Below, piece after piece: positions 60,999 through 64,000 of a stretch of 64,000 nucleotides of DNA. A model generated the notes under the pieces. That model saw only the letters and a program-made list of their open reading frames with translations, searched no databases and was not told where the DNA came from. The first letter of the stretch is position 1. Each line of letters opens with the position of its first letter. The translations under genes and the position numbers were made by a program. Origin of the DNA: Pachysolen tannophilus NRRL Y-2460 (lineage: Eukaryota); assembly GCA_001661245.1 (NCBI GenBank), contig KV454011.1:1328724-1392723 (forward strand), in the 5' to 3' direction.

Positions 60999-61574
60999 TT
61001 ACTCGTCTTCGACAACAACACCTTTTTCAGAAACGTAGATACCATCCAAGAATTTACGGATATCCTTGTTTCTGACACGGCAGATTTGTTGGATATCAGC
61101 ACAAGTTTGTGAGACGTTTTCCAAAGAGTTACCGTAAACAACTAATTCATCCTTTTGAGCAGTTGAGATTTCAGCAGTTACACCTTCCAAGATCTTAACT
61201 AATCTAACTTTCTTGTCACCCAAAAAGTTTCTAATTTCAACAAAGTTTTGACCTTCTTGTTCAACAATGTTGACGTTAATTGGGAAATGCGCATAAACAA
61301 ATCTCATCTTGTACTTGTAACCTTTAGTAACACCAGTGATTAAGTTTGCAACCAAAGACTTGACAGTTCTTAAAGCAGCAACATGCTTTCTGTCACCATT
61401 GTGAACAGTGATCTTGATAGCATTTTCAGAAGTCTTAGCAAAAGTAACATCAATGTGCTTGAAATCTTTTGTTAATTGACCTCTTGGACCAGTAACGGTA
61501 ACAACTCTAGCCTTAATGACAACAGTTACACCTGCTGGAATTGCTAATATTTGATCAGTTTGAATATACTTCAT
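60999..61574 (-). CDS. RPL9: 60S ribosomal protein L9 (uL6), intronless
   Basis: MKYIQTDQ, YKMRFVYAHFPIN, KDIRKFLDGIYVS. Confidence 0.98.
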   Translation of the reverse strand: MKYIQTDQILAIPAGVTVVIKARVVTVTGPRGQLTKDFKHIDVTFAKTSENAIKITVHNGDRKHVAALRTVKSLVANLITGVTKGYKYKMRFVYAHFPINVNIVEQEGQNFVEIRNFLGDKKVRLVKILEGVTAEISTAQKDELVVYGNSLENVSQTCADIQQICRVRNKDIRKFLDGIYVSEKGVVVEDE

Positions 61575-62195
61575 CTTCACTTAATACTAATTATGATTTT
61601 GCCAAACGAATAATAATAGAAAAGAAAAAAATTTTTTATCAACTAAATTCTTGAATAATTTGGGGGAAGAAAAGAGGGATGCTCTCAGTAATAATTCACA
61701 CTGTTCGCCCATACAAAATTGGTGGTTAAAAAAAAAAAAAAAAGAAAAAAACGAAAAATTTTTTCAAGCTTAAAATTCGTGCATGAAACTACAAAAGTCT
61801 CAAAACGGAAATCTCGTTTGCGTTTTTATTTTTTTTTTTTTTTTTTTTTTTTTAATTTTTTAATTTTTAAATTTTATTTTCATTTTTAGCAGTCACAAAA
61901 AATAATTTAATTTTTATATTCATTCATATACTAAAATGCTTGGTTTGAATTTAAACTCAACTAAATTTAACTAAACTTATAAATAAAAATAATGCTGAAA
62001 TTTTGATGATACTGATAAAATCCCATCACAAAATACCTCTATGCCTATGGAAATAAAAAGTTTACACCTAGGGAACCTTTTTTCCTAAAAATAAATAAAT
62101 AGATAGAAAATGAAAATAAAAAAAAAAGAATCATTTATTCCTCAAAAGAGTTTTAACAGGTCAATATTTAAAACTTTCATCAAAGTTTTTAAAAA

Positions 62196-62251
62196 GCGCA
62201 GAAACCAGTCGCAGCCATATCTTTGATCATGGCGCGCCACGATGCTTCGCG
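62196..62251 (-). promoter_or_regulatory. HAC1 3'UTR bipartite element (Ire1-foci targeting stem-loop)
   Basis: UGGCGCG (62239-62233) and GCGAC (62212-62208) juxtaposed by the stem GCCAUG...AUGGC. Confidence 0.85.
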
Positions 62252-62320
62252 TCAATTGAGTCTGCTGAACCACTTTTTTTCATATCGGAGGAAAAAAATA
62301 AACCAGTGCAGGTTTGTTTT

Positions 62321-62351
<31 letters not shown>

Positions 62352-62429
62352 CTTATCTTTTATATTTATTATTATCTTAGTTGTTAAATTGTAGTAATTT
62401 TTCCAATTTTTTCCCCTAAATTTATCAAT

Positions 62430-63761
62430 TTATTCATCGACAAGTATGAAATCATCCAATTCAAATGGGGCGGTAGAGTTAAATGGTGCTGCGGACACAT
62501 TTATATATTAGGTTTTCTTTTTGTTTTTTTTTTTAGACTTCTGGGTGATGACATGTTACAAACATGGCAAATAGAACCCATACGCCTCTTTTATATATGT
62601 TCCAACTGGAAATGCACACATACAAGAGACATATGAACCTACTGCCATGTTTCAACCTGCCATTACCTTCATCATAAAAATGTTCTTTATGAACATCATC
62701 ACTGCTGGATGATGCATCATTTTAAATCCACTACCGCTAGCCATTGAGGAATCATTCATATTTTTACCAGTACTATTATTGTTTCTGCCTTTATCAGCAT
62801 CACCAAAAAATTCATCTATTGTCTTTTCTGTAGGTTCCATTTTTAAATCCGGTTCTCCAACTTCATTATTATTTCCCAGTTGTACAAGATTTAACAATAA
62901 ATTTCCATTGTTATCCATAGGAGATAATAATGTAGTTAAATCTTCATTTGAGAATTCGTGTTTAATTTGCAAATTTGTTGAAAATAATCCATTATTATCG
63001 TTATCTTCATTTAAATTCAAATCATCTGCAAACAATGGATTAGCCAAATAATCATCAACCATTTTTGGATTCAACTCCAAGGTTAAATTTGAAGGTGAAG
63101 TAGAACCCAAGTTAGACAGAGGTGGCGATAAATAAAGATTACTTTGCCTCAGTTCAACTTTTGGCACTTGCAAAGAAACCTGCTCCTTGTTTTTCTTGTT
63201 CTTGATATTTATCTTTTCATTTTCTTCTTCTTCTTCTTCGTCTGACATCATCATCATCTGCCCATCACCATCAGCGTCAGCATCTCCATCTCCGTCAACG
63301 TCAACGTCAACGTCAACATCAACATTGTTATCTTCCAGCCCCAAATTTTTATTACGTTTGTTGGTATTTTCATTGAAACCGCTCATAGATTTCTTTTTCC
63401 CTTGCATTAATTCCAAAGTATCAAATCTTGTATCTGGAATTTTCGGAAGCAAGCTAATTTCATTTTGTAATTCCAGCTTCAAGCTAGCATCAGTAACGTA
63501 ATCAATCAATTTAGCTTCAATAGACATCAATTTCGAATCTCTTTCTTTGAAAACTTTTAAACTTTTTTGCAATTCCAAAACATGATTTTCTAAAAACTCT
63601 ACATGTCTTCTTTTCTTTTCACGAGACGCATGTGCTGCCCTTCTATTTCTTAAAATTCTTTCAATTCTCCTTTGTTCTTTTTCTTCTTGAGTCTTTGCTC
63701 TCTTACGAGGCAGCAAATTTGTGATCACCACATTCTTCTCTGTACCCTGATCCAACGACAT
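62430..63761 (-). CDS. HAC1: UPR bZIP factor Hac1; induced form joins 63761-62705 and 62491-62430 (372 aa); unspliced form ends at 62652 (369 aa)
   Basis: PRKRAKTQEEKEQRRIERILRNRRAAHASREKKR bZIP; HHPA junction; spliced tail AAPFNSTAPFELDDFILVDE*. Confidence 0.95.
62492..62704 (-). other. Ire1-cleaved unconventional intron of HAC1 (213 nt)
   Basis: 5' hairpin CATCATC-CAG/CAGT-GATGATG (62694-62714); 3' hairpin TAAATGTGT-CCG/CAGC-ACCATTTA (62480-62503); both have 7-nt CNG/CNGN loops. Confidence 0.92.
62560..62652 (-). other. Long RNA hairpin within the HAC1 intron, AGUU tetraloop
   Basis: Arms pair over about 37 bp including several G-U pairs; apical UUCC-AGUU-GGAA. Confidence 0.85.
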
Positions 63762-64000
63762 GATGAATTTTTCTAAACCAGCAATAAAAAAAATAAAAAA
63801 TAAAAAATACCAATTTTAATTAATTAGTATTATTATTATTTCTATTTCTATGCTTGTTTATTTTTGTAGTGGCGATTTTCCCATCTATTTATATTAGCGC
63901 TATTGAACGAGCAGAATTTCAAAACGAAATTTCTAAAATTAATTTTTGCGCCTCAAAACCTTGATACCCTGTACACGACCTACGTTTTTCTTTTGTCTTT

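Overview
AT-rich (~30% GC), gene-dense budding-yeast (Saccharomycotina) chromosomal segment with about 30 protein-coding genes. I found no tRNA, rRNA, transposon or CRISPR array. Recognisable genes in order: a CYP501/504-type P450, SYP1, SPT21/Ams2, ALG5 (split by a 1-nt frameshift in an A8 run), CET1, an Aft1/2-type factor, MNP1, RPB9, MON2, CHS3, an M20 peptidase, a WKF protein, CAND1/TIP120, PGK1, a GIP1-like PP1 regulator, an F-box protein, an aldehyde dehydrogenase, an Alba-like protein, GET3, AIM36, MRPS8, TPP1, BUG1, TIF34, a 58-aa SERF/4F5 gene missing from the ORF track, SNU23, TIM22, a class I chitin synthase, RPL9 and HAC1. Five spliceosomal introns were reconstructed by hand. The contexts of CTG codons suggest a CUG=Ala genetic code (Pachysolen/Nakazawaea-like lineage; inference). 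The most striking non-coding structure is at HAC1. It has a 213-nt Ire1-type intron with both cleavage stem-loops and a 3' bipartite element. Inside the intron is a 93-nt G-U-rich hairpin capped by an AGUU (Rnt1/RNase III-type) tetraloop. A recurrent promoter heptamer ACACGAC occurs in at least eight intergenic regions. All homologue comparisons are from recall and were not run as searches.
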